From contig NZ_JAJQXW010000001.1 in the NCBI RefSeq assembly GCF_021246445.1, forward strand, positions 930,001 through 994,000: DNA of 64,000 bases, written 5' to 3'. Positions 46,876-57,099 of this stretch are shown here, in pieces; position 1 is the stretch's first letter; every line of letters starts with the position of its first letter. The notes under the pieces were generated by a model. The model made no database searches and had not been told where the DNA came from. It saw only the letters and a program-made list of their open reading frames with translations. The translations under genes were made by a program, and so were the position numbers. The stretch comes from Rhabdothermincola salaria (GTDB taxonomy: Bacteria; Actinomycetota; Acidimicrobiia; Acidimicrobiales; Acidimicrobilacustridaceae).

Positions 46876-48420
46876 CTAGCCGTCTCGCGCCACGGTCTCC
46901 GAATCGGCCGATCGGGCCCCGACCGCACCGGGACCGGCCCGGCGCACCTCGTGGGCCCCGGGGTCGAAGCGCCGGGTGCGCCACCAGTAGGACAGGGTGG
47001 ATCCGGGCCACAGGGTGTCCACCCGACCATCGGCGGAGCGGTACCAGCTGTCGCAGCCCGACGCCCACACCGTGCCCCGCATGCGGCGCTGCACGTCGGC
47101 GTAGGCCTCGGCCTGCACGTCGGCTCGCACCTCCACCACGTCGGCGTCCGCGCGTCGGAGGTGATCGAGCGCCGTGACCGCGTGGTGGAGCTGGGCCTCG
47201 ATCATGAAGACGATCGAGTTGTGCCCGAGACCGGTGCTGGGGCCGGCGAGCAGGAACAGGTTGGGGAAACCGGCGACGGTGATGCCGAGGTGGGTGGCGG
47301 CCCCGTCGCGCCACGCCTCCGAGAGCTCCACCCCACCCCGGCCCACGACCCGCATGGGCGCGAGGAAGTCCGTGGCGGCGAACCCGGTGCCGAGGATCAA
47401 CGTGTCCGCCGGGTGGTCGACGCCGTCGACCGTGCGCACCCCGGTGGCGGTCACCTGTTGGATGGGGTCGGTGACGAGCTCGACGTCGGAGCGGGCCAGC
47501 GTGGGGTACCAGTCGTCGGAGATGAGGAGCCGCTTGCACCCCGGCGTGATGGTGGGGGTGACCGCGGCCCGCAACGAGGGATCGTGGATGGACTCGGCGA
47601 TGTGCTCGGTGCCCATCCGTCTCACCCGGTCGGTGACGCGAGGGTGGCCGAGGAAGGCCAGCACCAGCAGCTCTTGACGGGCGTAGATCCGCCAGCGGTG
47701 CAGCCGTTGCAGGACCGGGACCCGTCGGTAGAGCCGCCGCTTCCAGCCCGGCACGGGCCGATCCTCTCGCCCCACGACCCACGGTGCGGTGCGCTGGAAC
47801 ACCGTGACCAGCGAGGCCACCGGGGCGATCTCGGGCACGAACTGCACGGCGCTGGCGCCGGTGCCCACGACCGCCACTCGTTCGCCGGTCAGATCGTGGG
47901 CGTGGTCCCAGCGAGCCGAGTGGAACACGGTGCCCTCGAAGTCGCCGAGGCCGGGGAGCTCGGGCACGTGGGGCTGCGACAACGGGCCGGTGCCGTTGAG
48001 GACCACGTCGGCCACGAGCACCTCACCATCAGCGGTGTGGACCGCCCACGTGCCGTCGTGGTCGTCCCAGACCATCTCCGTCACGGTGGTGGCGAACCGG
48101 ATCCGTCGGCGCAGGTCGTGGCGGTCGGTCGTGCGCTGCAGGTAGGCCTGGATCTCGGGCTGGCGGGGATAGGCCCGGGTCCAGTCCGGGTTCGGTTCGA
48201 AGGAGAACGAGTAGAGGTGGCTCGGGATGTCGCAGGCGCAACCCGGATAGGTGTTGTCCCTCCAGGTGCCGCCCACCTCGTCCGCCGCCTCCAGGACCAC
48301 CACGTCGTCGTGGCCGGCCGCCACCAGCTCGATGGCGGCGCCGAGCCCGGCGAAGCCGGCGCCGATCACCACGATGCGCAGTGGCCGCCTCCTCGGGCGT
48401 CCGGTCAGCTCAGGAACCAC
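46876..48420 (-). CDS. Baeyer-Villiger-type flavin monooxygenase
   Basis: GAGFAG, GGTWRDNTYPGCACD, FEGTVFHSARWD, GTGASA; start uncertain. Confidence 0.9.
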   Translation of the reverse strand: MVPELTGRPRRRPLRIVVIGAGFAGLGAAIELVAAGHDDVVVLEAADEVGGTWRDNTYPGCACDIPSHLYSFSFEPNPDWTRAYPRQPEIQAYLQRTTDRHDLRRRIRFATTVTEMVWDDHDGTWAVHTADGEVLVADVVLNGTGPLSQPHVPELPGLGDFEGTVFHSARWDHAHDLTGERVAVVGTGASAVQFVPEIAPVASLVTVFQRTAPWVVGREDRPVPGWKRRLYRRVPVLQRLHRWRIYARQELLVLAFLGHPRVTDRVRRMGTEHIAESIHDPSLRAAVTPTITPGCKRLLISDDWYPTLARSDVELVTDPIQQVTATGVRTVDGVDHPADTLILGTGFAATDFLAPMRVVGRGGVELSEAWRDGAATHLGITVAGFPNLFLLAGPSTGLGHNSIVFMIEAQLHHAVTALDHLRRADADVVEVRADVQAEAYADVQRRMRGTVWASGCDSWYRSADGRVDTLWPGSTLSYWWRTRRFDPGAHEVRRAGPGAVGARSADSETVARDG

Positions 48421-48605
48421 TGCACGCCCTCGACGACCCGCCACCCCAGGTAGAGGACCAGCGCCACCACGAGCACCCAGAAGTGCCACGGCGCCCGGCC
48501 GGACTTCGGTGGCTCGGCGATGGGACGACCACAGGTCGGGCACGCGCCGTCCGGGGGCATGGAGTTCGGGCTCCAGAACTTGTCGCAGTCCTCACAGAAC
48601 GGCAA
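48405..48605 (-). CDS. Small zinc-ribbon membrane protein (66 aa)
   Basis: CEDC and CPTC, then PWHF and one TM helix; GAGG RBS, TTG start. Confidence 0.7.
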   Translation of the reverse strand: MPFCEDCDKFWSPNSMPPDGACPTCGRPIAEPPKSGRAPWHFWVLVVALVLYLGWRVVEGVQWFLS

Positions 48606-48667
48606 GGGGACCTCGTTGCGGGGGGTGTCCGGCGACGCGCACCGGGCCCGATGCCGGGCCCGAGGCT

Positions 48668-49744
48668 TCAGGTCCGTCGGATGGCGAGGATGGCGACGTC
48701 ATCTTGCAGGGGTCCGCTCGAGAAGTCGCTGGCCGCCTCGAGCAGGGACTTGCACAGTACGTCGGGCCCCGCCCCGGGATCACGTCTGACGATCTGGGCG
48801 ATGCGGTCCTCGCCGAACAGGTGCTCGCCATCTCGGACCTCCGACAGGCCGTCGGTGTAGAGCAGGCAGAGATCGCCGGGTTCGAGGGTGACCTCACGAC
48901 TGGTGAACTCCGCGCCGGCGTCGAGCATCAAGATGGGGCCGGTGGCCCGCAGGGGGCGCAGGTCGCGGTCGTGCCACATCCACGCCGCGGGATGTCCCGC
49001 CGACGCGAAGCGCAGCGTGCCGGCGGCGGTGTCGAACACCACGACGCACAGCGAGATGAACTCCTCGGGCCCCCCGACGGCGGTGATCTGGGCGTTGAGC
49101 TCCTCGAGCGCCTGGGCCGGATCGCGGTACTGGCGCAGGAAGACCCGCAACAGGTACTTGGCCTGGAAGGCGGTGATCGCCGGTTCGATCCCGTGCCCCG
49201 ACACGTCGCCGATCACGGCCGCCATGCGGGTCGGGCTCAACCGGATCAGGTCGTAGAAGTCACCGGCCATGAGGCCGTCACCGGGCTGGTAGACCCGGCC
49301 GATCTCGAACCCCTCGAAGGCGGGCAGGCTCTCGGGGGCGAGACGTTCGGCCCAGCGGCGGGGGGCCAGCTCGTCCTGGGTCAGCACCTCTTGGGCCCGC
49401 CGTTCGAGCTCGCTGCGGGCCTGCGCCACCCGCGCCTCGGCGACGAAGTTGCGGCCGAGCACCACCGAGACGATGGCCGGCACGGCGAGCGCGAACAGGG
49501 CCAGGGACTCGAAGCGGCCGGCCCGCCAGGCGAAGACCAGCGCCACGCCGGCGATGAGCAGGTAGGTGGCCGAGGACAGGGCGTCCTTACGGAAGTCGGA
49601 TCGCACCAGGGTGAGCGTCTCGGGATCACCCTCGGCGTTCTCGAGGCGGCGCAGCTGGCGCAGCCGATAGCGCGCCGACCGGGCCCACACCACGGCCGCC
49701 ACCAAGCCGGCCAACGTCACGACGACGAGGAGGGGCTGGTCCAT
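48668..49744 (-). CDS. Membrane PP2C/SpoIIE-type phosphatase
   Basis: TM N-terminus, GDFYD, IGDVSGHG, SAGHP, YTDGL, DDVA. Confidence 0.92.
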   Translation of the reverse strand: MDQPLLVVVTLAGLVAAVVWARSARYRLRQLRRLENAEGDPETLTLVRSDFRKDALSSATYLLIAGVALVFAWRAGRFESLALFALAVPAIVSVVLGRNFVAEARVAQARSELERRAQEVLTQDELAPRRWAERLAPESLPAFEGFEIGRVYQPGDGLMAGDFYDLIRLSPTRMAAVIGDVSGHGIEPAITAFQAKYLLRVFLRQYRDPAQALEELNAQITAVGGPEEFISLCVVVFDTAAGTLRFASAGHPAAWMWHDRDLRPLRATGPILMLDAGAEFTSREVTLEPGDLCLLYTDGLSEVRDGEHLFGEDRIAQIVRRDPGAGPDVLCKSLLEAASDFSSGPLQDDVAILAIRRT

Positions 49745-49810
49745 ACGGCAGCGAGCGTAGTGCCGGGGTGTGACCCCCATCGGCCCCACCACGCAGCGTG
49801 GCGGGCCGGC

Positions 49811-51253
49811 TCAGTCGCGCTTGCGGACCCGCATCTTGATGGGGGTGGCCCCCATGTCGAACGCCTCGCGCAGGGAACGCTCGAGGTAGCGCAGGTACGA
49901 CGCCGGCATCTCCTTGTTGGCGAACAAGGTGAAGGTGGGCGGGTCGGTGGCGCCCTGGGTGGCGTAGAGCACCCGGGCGCCGTGAGGGGCCGGCTGTGAG
50001 GCCTGCGCGGCGCGGATCACCTGGTTGACCTTCCGGGTGGGAACCCGACGGTGGTAGTCCTCGATGGTTCCCGCCAGCGCCGGGAGCATCCGGTGCACGC
50101 CCTTGCCGGTGAGGGCGCTGATCTTGAGCACCGGAGCCTCGCCGACGAAGTGGAGGCGTTGGCTGATCTGATAGCCGATCTCGTCGCGCTGCTCGGCGTC
50201 GAGCAGCTCCCACTTGTTGAGCACCACCACGATCGGACAGCCCGCGGCGTCGATGCGCTCGGCCAGGCGCTGGTCCTGGGCGGTGATCCCGATGGTGGCG
50301 TCGATGACGAGCAGGGCGACGTCGGAACGGTCGATCGCCTGCAGGGCCCGCACGAGGGAGTAGTACTCGGTGCCCTCGTCGATCCGGGCCCGGCGTCGCA
50401 TGCCGGCGGTGTCGACGAAGCGCACCGGCCCGTCCGGGGTCTCGACCACGGTGTCGACGGCGTCGCGGGTGGTGCCCGGCATGTCGTGGACGACCGAGCG
50501 GTCGTCGCCGATCAACCGGTTGAACAACGTGGACTTGCCGACGTTGGGTCGTCCCACGATGGAGACGGAGAAGACCTTGTCCTTCTCGTCGACGGGGCCG
50601 ACGTCGTCGTCGGGCTCGTCCGGGGCGGGAGGCAGGAGGTCCACGAGCAGATCGAGCATGTCGCCGGTCCCCCGGCCGTGCAGGGCGCTCACGGGCAGCG
50701 GGTCCCCCACGCCGAGGTTGAGCAGCTCCCAGATGGCGGCCTCACGGTTGGTGTCGTCGACCTTGTTGGCGACCAACAGCACCGGGCGGGCGTTGCGCCG
50801 CAGGATGGCCGCGACCCGGCTGTCCTCCTCGGTGATGCCGACGGTGGCGTCGACGACGAACAGCACGGCGTCGGCGTCGGCGATGGCCTTCTCGGACTGG
50901 CGGGACACCTTCTCGTCGAGGGTGCTGCCCCCGGGCATCCATCCGCCCGTGTCGACCAGCCGGAACTCGCGACCCCGCCAGTCGGCGACGATCTCCTTGC
51001 GGTCCCGGGTCACGCCCGGTCGCTCCTCGACGATCGCCTCGCGCCGCCCCAGGATCCGGTTGAACAACGTGGACTTGCCCACGTTGGGCCGCCCCACGAC
51101 CGCCACGACCGGGAGCTCGGAGCTGGCCGGCGCCAGGGCGTCGGCGCCGTCGAGGTCGGCCTGGCGGTCGGCCTCGGTGTCGTAGGGGTCGGCGAAGGGA
51201 TCGAGGACCTCGTCGTCGTGGTCGGGTGGGGTCGGGCTGGGGTCGTCGATCAT
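49811..51253 (-). CDS. der: Ribosome biogenesis GTPase Der
   Basis: Two GRPNVGKSTLFN G-domains, DTGG/DTAG, NKVD/NKWE, KH-like tail. Confidence 0.97.
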   Translation of the reverse strand: MIDDPSPTPPDHDDEVLDPFADPYDTEADRQADLDGADALAPASSELPVVAVVGRPNVGKSTLFNRILGRREAIVEERPGVTRDRKEIVADWRGREFRLVDTGGWMPGGSTLDEKVSRQSEKAIADADAVLFVVDATVGITEEDSRVAAILRRNARPVLLVANKVDDTNREAAIWELLNLGVGDPLPVSALHGRGTGDMLDLLVDLLPPAPDEPDDDVGPVDEKDKVFSVSIVGRPNVGKSTLFNRLIGDDRSVVHDMPGTTRDAVDTVVETPDGPVRFVDTAGMRRRARIDEGTEYYSLVRALQAIDRSDVALLVIDATIGITAQDQRLAERIDAAGCPIVVVLNKWELLDAEQRDEIGYQISQRLHFVGEAPVLKISALTGKGVHRMLPALAGTIEDYHRRVPTRKVNQVIRAAQASQPAPHGARVLYATQGATDPPTFTLFANKEMPASYLRYLERSLREAFDMGATPIKMRVRKRD

Positions 51254-52632
51254 CGTTCCTCCAGGGCGCGCCGCAGGGCGATGCCGTCGGTGGCGACGAT
51301 CTCGACGGGGCGGGGCAGGTCGGCTGGGCTCGTACCGTCGAGGAAGTAGCCCTGCGAGAGGCACACGTCGGGCAAGAGGTAGCGGTGGGTCTCGGGTTGG
51401 TCGGCGAGCACGCGGGCCAGGTCGGCGCCCACCATGAGGCCGGCGACGCCGGTGTTGCCGCCGAAGAACTCGTTCTCGACGGGGACGATCCGCACGTCGT
51501 CGCGGCCGAACCCCTCGACGAGGGGCCCCAGCACAGCGGCGCCGTAGACCCCGGTGAGGATCCCGACGGGCGCTCCCCGGCGGGGGCGCAGACGCACGGA
51601 GGCGCCGCTGTCGCCCCCGGCGGCCCCGCTGGCGCGAGGGGCGCGGTAGCCCTCGGCGGGTGCCCCGTCGACCCAGGCGAAGAACCCCGACGCCACCCCG
51701 GTCGGCTCGGCCACCCGGCCGGTGAACTCCTGCTCGAAGGTGCGGGCCATCCCGACCCCGTCCTCGTGCATGGGGAAGCCCTCGTAGGCCTCGGCCTCGG
51801 GGAAGGGCGCCTCGGCGAGCAGGTAGTACTCGTCGGCCGCGAAGACCAGCCGCCGACCCAGGGTGGCGCGGTAGACCTCCTGCCAGTCGTGCACCGCGTC
51901 GAGCACGGCGGCGGCCTCGGCGAGGGTGTGGGGCCGCATCCCCGGCTCGGGGTTGTAGCGGCTCACGCCGAGGGGCACCACGCACAGCGACGCCAGCTCG
52001 GGGTACCGGTCGAGCACCCCGGCGAAGGTGTCGTCGAGGATCGCCCCGTCGTTGCGCCCCGGGCACACCACGACCTGGCCGTGGACCTCGATGCCGTGGT
52101 CGAGCAGTGCCCGGAGCCATCGCAGGCTGGTCGCCCCCCGCCGGTTGCGCAGCATCTCGGCGCGGACCTCGGGATCGGTGGCGTGGATGGAGACGTGCAG
52201 TGGGCCGAGGCCCTCGGTGATCACGCGCTCGAGGTCGGCCTCGGTGAAGCGGGTCAGGGTGGTGAAGTTCCCGTAGAGGAAGGACAGGCGGTAGTCGTCG
52301 TCCTTGAGGTAGAGGCTCTTTCGCAGTCCCGGCGGCAACTGGTAGATGAAGCAGAACTCGCAGTGGTTGTCGCAGGTGCGCACCTGATCGAACAGGGCCG
52401 ACTCGATCTCGGCGCCCAGAGGCTCTCCGGCGCCCTTCACCACCTCGAGTTGCAGCGCCAACCCGCCACGGCCGACCTCGAGGTCGAGCTCGGGCTCGTC
52501 GGCCAGCAACCGGTAGGCGATGACGTCGCGCGGCACCTCGCCGTTGAGCGACAGGATCTCGTCACCCGGCAGCACCCCGGCCCGAGCGGCCGGCGACGCG
52601 GGCGCGACGGCGACGACACGGGGCGTGGACAT
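51250..52632 (-). CDS. DUF512 radical SAM protein with an N-terminal PDZ-like domain
   Basis: SPAARAG, CDNHCEFCF, KDDDYRLSFLYGNF, ADEYY; ATGA overlap with der. Confidence 0.9.
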   Translation of the reverse strand: MSTPRVVAVAPASPAARAGVLPGDEILSLNGEVPRDVIAYRLLADEPELDLEVGRGGLALQLEVVKGAGEPLGAEIESALFDQVRTCDNHCEFCFIYQLPPGLRKSLYLKDDDYRLSFLYGNFTTLTRFTEADLERVITEGLGPLHVSIHATDPEVRAEMLRNRRGATSLRWLRALLDHGIEVHGQVVVCPGRNDGAILDDTFAGVLDRYPELASLCVVPLGVSRYNPEPGMRPHTLAEAAAVLDAVHDWQEVYRATLGRRLVFAADEYYLLAEAPFPEAEAYEGFPMHEDGVGMARTFEQEFTGRVAEPTGVASGFFAWVDGAPAEGYRAPRASGAAGGDSGASVRLRPRRGAPVGILTGVYGAAVLGPLVEGFGRDDVRIVPVENEFFGGNTGVAGLMVGADLARVLADQPETHRYLLPDVCLSQGYFLDGTSPADLPRPVEIVATDGIALRRALEER

Positions 52633-52714
52633 GGCTGCCGAGGCTACCGGCGCCCCTGGCCAGACACGCATTCCCGCCCGTTCGGTGACACGCCGCCGCC
52701 GATACCCTGCGACC

Positions 52715-53776
52715 ATGGATGCAGCCTCACCCACCGCCGGTGCCACCGGTGTGCAGACCGTGCTCCTGGCCGCTCCCCGTGGCTTCTGCGCCGGCGTCGA
52801 GATGGCGATCAAGGCCCTGGCCTGGATGGTGCGGGCCTTCGAGCCGCCGGTCTACTGCTACCACGAGATCGTCCACAACCAGAAGGTGGTCCGCCGCTTC
52901 GAGGACCTGGGCGTCGTGTTCGTCGACGACATCGCCGACGTGCCGCCGGGTCGACCGGTCATGCTGTCGGCCCACGGGTCGGCGCCCGAGGTGGTGGCGG
53001 CGGCCCAGGCCAACGGCGGCTACGTCGTCGACGCCGTCTGCCCCCTGGTGACGAAGGTCCACCACGAGGTCAAGGTCCGCGCCGGGAAGGGCTACCACAT
53101 CGTCTACGTGGGCCACGAGGGGCACGAGGAGGCCGAGGGAACCATGGCGGTCGCCCCCGAGGCCATCCACCGCGTCGAATCGGTCGAGGAGGTCGACGCC
53201 CTCCCCCGCTTCGACGGACCCGTCGCCCTGCTGGCCCAGACCACGCTGAGCCACCGCGACTGGGCCGGCGTCCTCGACGCCACCCGTGAGCGGTTTCCCG
53301 AGCTGTGGATGCCGGGCCGCTCCGACCTCTGCTTCGCCACCACCAACCGCCAGTCGGCGTTGATGGAGATCGCCCCCAGCTGCGATGCGGTGGTCGTCAT
53401 CGGTTCGGCCAACTCGTCCAACACCCGGGCGTTGGAGTCGCTGGCCCGCGCCGCCGGCTGTGCGCGGGTCTACCGGGTGAACGGGCCCGATGAGGTACCC
53501 GACGACCTGCACGGCACGGTCGGGGTCACGGCCGGGGCATCGGCCCCCGAGGAGCTCGTCGAGACCGTGATCGCCCGCCTGGCCCCCGCTCGAGGCGTCC
53601 AGGAGGTGCGCATCACCACCGAGGACGAGTACTTCCCACCGCCTCGCAACCTCCGCGACCTGCTGTCGAGCGTCGACACCGCGGCCGGGTTCCTGCTCGG
53701 GGGTCCCACGCAGGATCGGCCGCCGGTCAACGATCGCCTGGTCGCGGCCAGCGAGGTGCTCGCCAGGCTCGGCTGA
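52715..53776 (+). CDS. ispH: 4-hydroxy-3-methylbut-2-enyl diphosphate reductase
   Basis: PRGFCAGV, EIVHN, SAHG, DAVCPLV, CFATTNRQ, NSSN, TAGASAPE. Confidence 0.97.
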   Translation: MDAASPTAGATGVQTVLLAAPRGFCAGVEMAIKALAWMVRAFEPPVYCYHEIVHNQKVVRRFEDLGVVFVDDIADVPPGRPVMLSAHGSAPEVVAAAQANGGYVVDAVCPLVTKVHHEVKVRAGKGYHIVYVGHEGHEEAEGTMAVAPEAIHRVESVEEVDALPRFDGPVALLAQTTLSHRDWAGVLDATRERFPELWMPGRSDLCFATTNRQSALMEIAPSCDAVVVIGSANSSNTRALESLARAAGCARVYRVNGPDEVPDDLHGTVGVTAGASAPEELVETVIARLAPARGVQEVRITTEDEYFPPPRNLRDLLSSVDTAAGFLLGGPTQDRPPVNDRLVAASEVLARLG

Positions 53777-53849
53777 TCCCGCCGGCGGTGTCCTCGGGCC
53801 GACCCGCCCGACGGTGACGTCGGACGTGTCCGATGGCACACTGGGCGAC

Positions 53850-54404
53850 ATGCCCGCCACCTTCACCCGCATGGACGAGTCGACCCTCGAGGACTGGATG
53901 GAGATCGGCGCGGCCACGTCGGCCAACCAGGGCCGCGTGGCCGAGCGGATGCTCGAGCTGTTGCGCGCCCTGTCCAGCATCACCGACGGGTTCGGCACCG
54001 ATCAGCTCACCCACTGCCTGCAGACGGCCACCCTCGCCGAACGGGCCGGCGCCGACGACGACGTCGTCTTCGCGGCGCTGATGCACGACGTGGGCAAGGC
54101 GATCAGCGTGCCCAACCACCCGGCGATCTCCGCGGAGATGATCAAGCCCTACGTGCGGCCCGAGGTCTACGCCATGATCCGCGTCCACCAGGACTTCCAG
54201 GGTCGCCACTACTACGCCCACTTCGGCGGCGACCCCGATGCCCGCGACGCCCACCGGGCCGAGCTCAGCGACCAGGAGTGGGCGTTGGCGGAGCGCTTCG
54301 CCGACGAGTGGGACCAGGTGGCCTTCGACCCGGAGTACGACACCTTGCCGCTCGAGCACTTCGAGCCGCTGGTGCGCCAGGTCACCGCCCAGGCCCGCAT
54401 GTAG
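53850..54404 (+). CDS. HD-domain protein
   Basis: HCLQTA, LMHDVGK, NH, WDQVAFDP. Confidence 0.85.
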   Translation: MPATFTRMDESTLEDWMEIGAATSANQGRVAERMLELLRALSSITDGFGTDQLTHCLQTATLAERAGADDDVVFAALMHDVGKAISVPNHPAISAEMIKPYVRPEVYAMIRVHQDFQGRHYYAHFGGDPDARDAHRAELSDQEWALAERFADEWDQVAFDPEYDTLPLEHFEPLVRQVTAQARM

Positions 54405-54443
54405 CGACCCCGGGCCCGAGCCGGACGGCCCGAGGAGCCGGCG

Positions 54444-55622
54444 TCAGAGGCCCCGGTGGTCCTCGGCCAGGCCGAGCAGCACCTGAGCCGATTCGAGGTA
54501 GGTCTTCTCGCTGATGAAGGCGTGCTGGGTGCCCGTGTAGATGTCGCGGAAGGCCCGCTCGAGCCGGCTGCCCTCACGGATCGCCGTGGTGCCGGCAGCG
54601 AGGTGGCACCACTGCGCCACCTCGCGGCTGGCCTCCGTGGCGTAGGTGGCAGCGATGCGCATGTCGGCGCGCATCCTGGGCGTGAGGGGTTCCCCGGCGG
54701 TCACGGCCGCCTCGGCGGTGGTGAAGGCGTCGAGGACCAGCAGGCGGGCGGCCCGCCACATGCCGGTGTGGTGGGCGAAGTTGCGCTGGAAGGTCTGGCG
54801 GTTGGCCAGGGTCTCCATGTCGCTCATGCGGACCTTGCTCAGGGCCAGCTCGGCGACGTCGTCGAGCATGCTCTGGGCCACGCCCAGCGCCCAGCCGGCA
54901 TGTCCGGCCGCGGTGATGGCCATGAGGCCCATGCGGAACGCCGGCCCCTCGCCCCGGTGAGGGGTGCGCTCGAAGAGGTTGAACACCCGGTGCTCGGGCA
55001 CGAACGTGTCGGTGGTGTTGTAGTCGTAGGAGCCGGTGCCCTTCAGGCCCTGGACGTGCCAGCCGTCGGTGAAGGTCAGGTCCTCGCGTGGGAACACGCC
55101 GGCGAGGAGCTGCACCTGGCCGTCGTCGTCGAGGACGATCTCACCGTCGTCCATCGGGAGGAAGCCGGCGCAGACCCAGGCCGAGTGGCCGGTCCCGGAC
55201 CCGAAGTTCCACGAGCCGCTCACCCGGTAGCCGCCGTCGACCTTGACGCCCTGGCCGTTGGGGGCGAACTGCCCACCGAGGGTGACCCGCTCGGACAGGT
55301 CGCCGAACACCTCGTCGAAGCCCTCGTCGGGCAGGTAGGCCGCGGTCGCCGCCGCCGACGGCAGGTTGGCGATGCCGATCCAGCCGAAGGAGCCGTCGAG
55401 CCAGGCCATCTGCTGCCAGGTCGCCAGCATCTCGGCGAAGCCCGGTTCGCTCCCCCCGGCCGGCGCCGGGTTCATGTGGCGCATGAGACCGGTGTCCCAC
55501 ATGGCCTCCACGATCGGCGCGGTCATGGTGCGGGCGGCCTCGGCGGCCCCCGCCTGCTCGGTCACCACGTCGGCCATGGCCGCCACGAGGTCGGTGCCGG
55601 TGTCCCCCAGAGTCATCGTCAT
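54444..55622 (-). CDS. Flavin-dependent hydroxylase, acyl-CoA dehydrogenase fold (HsaA-like)
   Basis: GSWNFGSGT, WHVQGLKGTGS, LERAFRD...QH. Confidence 0.82.
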   Translation of the reverse strand: MTMTLGDTGTDLVAAMADVVTEQAGAAEAARTMTAPIVEAMWDTGLMRHMNPAPAGGSEPGFAEMLATWQQMAWLDGSFGWIGIANLPSAAATAAYLPDEGFDEVFGDLSERVTLGGQFAPNGQGVKVDGGYRVSGSWNFGSGTGHSAWVCAGFLPMDDGEIVLDDDGQVQLLAGVFPREDLTFTDGWHVQGLKGTGSYDYNTTDTFVPEHRVFNLFERTPHRGEGPAFRMGLMAITAAGHAGWALGVAQSMLDDVAELALSKVRMSDMETLANRQTFQRNFAHHTGMWRAARLLVLDAFTTAEAAVTAGEPLTPRMRADMRIAATYATEASREVAQWCHLAAGTTAIREGSRLERAFRDIYTGTQHAFISEKTYLESAQVLLGLAEDHRGL

Positions 55623-55726
55623 GCCTCGTTTGTAGCCGACAGCGCGCCCCGCCGGCGCACGGCGGCGGCCGATGCCCTGTCGGATCGAGCCCGGGGTCGT
55701 GGCTGGGGTGCCCCCTCCAGACGGGC

Positions 55727-56443
55727 TCAGCCGTGCCGGTTGGGCGACCCGGCCAGCGCCTGGGCCTCGTCGAAGAGCGCCTGGATGGCGACCGCCAGCT
55801 GGCTCGTGACCTCCCGGACGGCCCGACGGGGGACCCGCCCGTTCTCGCCCTTCGGAGGCGGCGTGATGGGGGTGCCGACGACGATCACGATCTTCACCGG
55901 ACGCACCCACTTGGACCCCTTGGCCATGGCCCGCTCGCTCCCGCCGATGCCCACCGGCAGGATCGGCGCACCGGTGCGGCAGGCGACGTAGCTGGGGCCG
56001 TCGAACACCTTGGCGATCTCGGGTCCGCTCTGTCGCGTCCCCTCGGGGAACATCACGAGGGGCTCGCCCCGCTCGATGACGGTCATGGACGCGCGCAGCG
56101 CGTCACGGTCGGCGGTGCCCCGTTCGACGGGGAACCCACCGAGGGAGGTCAGGAACCACCCCCCGAACCTCGAGGTCCACAGCGACTCCTTGCCCATGTA
56201 GCGCAAGCGCCGTCGGGTGATCGGCGCCAGGAGGGGCGTGTCCACGTTGGAGCGGTGGATCGGCGACACGATGAAGGGACCGGTGGCGGGGATGTTCTCG
56301 CGACCATGGACCTCGAGTCGGAACCACAGCCGGGCCCCACCGGCGATGAGGGCTCGCATGACCGCGTAGAAGATCCTCTGCGACCTGCTCAGGTCCTCGC
56401 CGAGCTCGTGTCCGGCCGGGACGTGGAGCTCGCGCCGGGTCAT
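55727..56443 (-). CDS. plsC: 1-acyl-sn-glycerol-3-phosphate acyltransferase
   Basis: HRSNVD (HxxxxD), FPVER, FPEGTR. Confidence 0.88.
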   Translation of the reverse strand: MTRRELHVPAGHELGEDLSRSQRIFYAVMRALIAGGARLWFRLEVHGRENIPATGPFIVSPIHRSNVDTPLLAPITRRRLRYMGKESLWTSRFGGWFLTSLGGFPVERGTADRDALRASMTVIERGEPLVMFPEGTRQSGPEIAKVFDGPSYVACRTGAPILPVGIGGSERAMAKGSKWVRPVKIVIVVGTPITPPPKGENGRVPRRAVREVTSQLAVAIQALFDEAQALAGSPNRHG

Positions 56444-57099
56444 CCGAGGCGCTCCAGGATGACGTCGACGATGTCGTCGATGCTCAGGTCGCTGGTGTCG
56501 ACCACGAAGGCCCCGTCGGCCTCACGCAGCGGATCGTGCTCGCGGCCCTGATCCAGGGCATCGCGGCGAGCCAGGTCGGCCGCCACCGTCTCGTAGTCGA
56601 GGTCGGTGACCTCCTTGGAGCGACGGGCCGCTCGCACCTCGGGGGCCGCATCGAGGTACACCTTCAGCGCCGCATCGGGGAACACCACGCTGCCGATGTC
56701 GCGACCCTCCATGACCCCTCCCCCCCGGACCTCGGCCCACTCGCGCTGACGGCGGCGCATCTCACCGCGGACGCGGGGGTTGGCGGCGACCACGCTCACG
56801 GCCCGGGTGACCTCCGGCCCGCGGATCTCGATGGTGGCGTCGACCCCGTCGACCGTCACGGTGCCCTCGGGGCTGACGTCGATGCTGAGCGACTCGGCCA
56901 GGTTGCCCACCACCTCGCCGTCCTCGGGATCGACCCCGCCCCGCAGGGCGGCGAAGGCCACCGAGCGGTACATCGCACCGGTGTCGAGGTAGGGCAGTCC
57001 CACCCGTTCGGCCACCGCTCGGGCCACCGTGGACTTGCCCGATCCGGCGGGGCCGTCGATGGCGATCACCCGCAGCGGGGCCTGGTCGTTCTCGGTCAT
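56440..57099 (-). CDS. cmk: Cytidylate kinase
   Basis: IAIDGPAGSGKST, LDTGAMYR, EGRDIGSVVFPDA. Confidence 0.96.
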   Translation of the reverse strand: MTENDQAPLRVIAIDGPAGSGKSTVARAVAERVGLPYLDTGAMYRSVAFAALRGGVDPEDGEVVGNLAESLSIDVSPEGTVTVDGVDATIEIRGPEVTRAVSVVAANPRVRGEMRRRQREWAEVRGGGVMEGRDIGSVVFPDAALKVYLDAAPEVRAARRSKEVTDLDYETVAADLARRDALDQGREHDPLREADGAFVVDTSDLSIDDIVDVILERLG

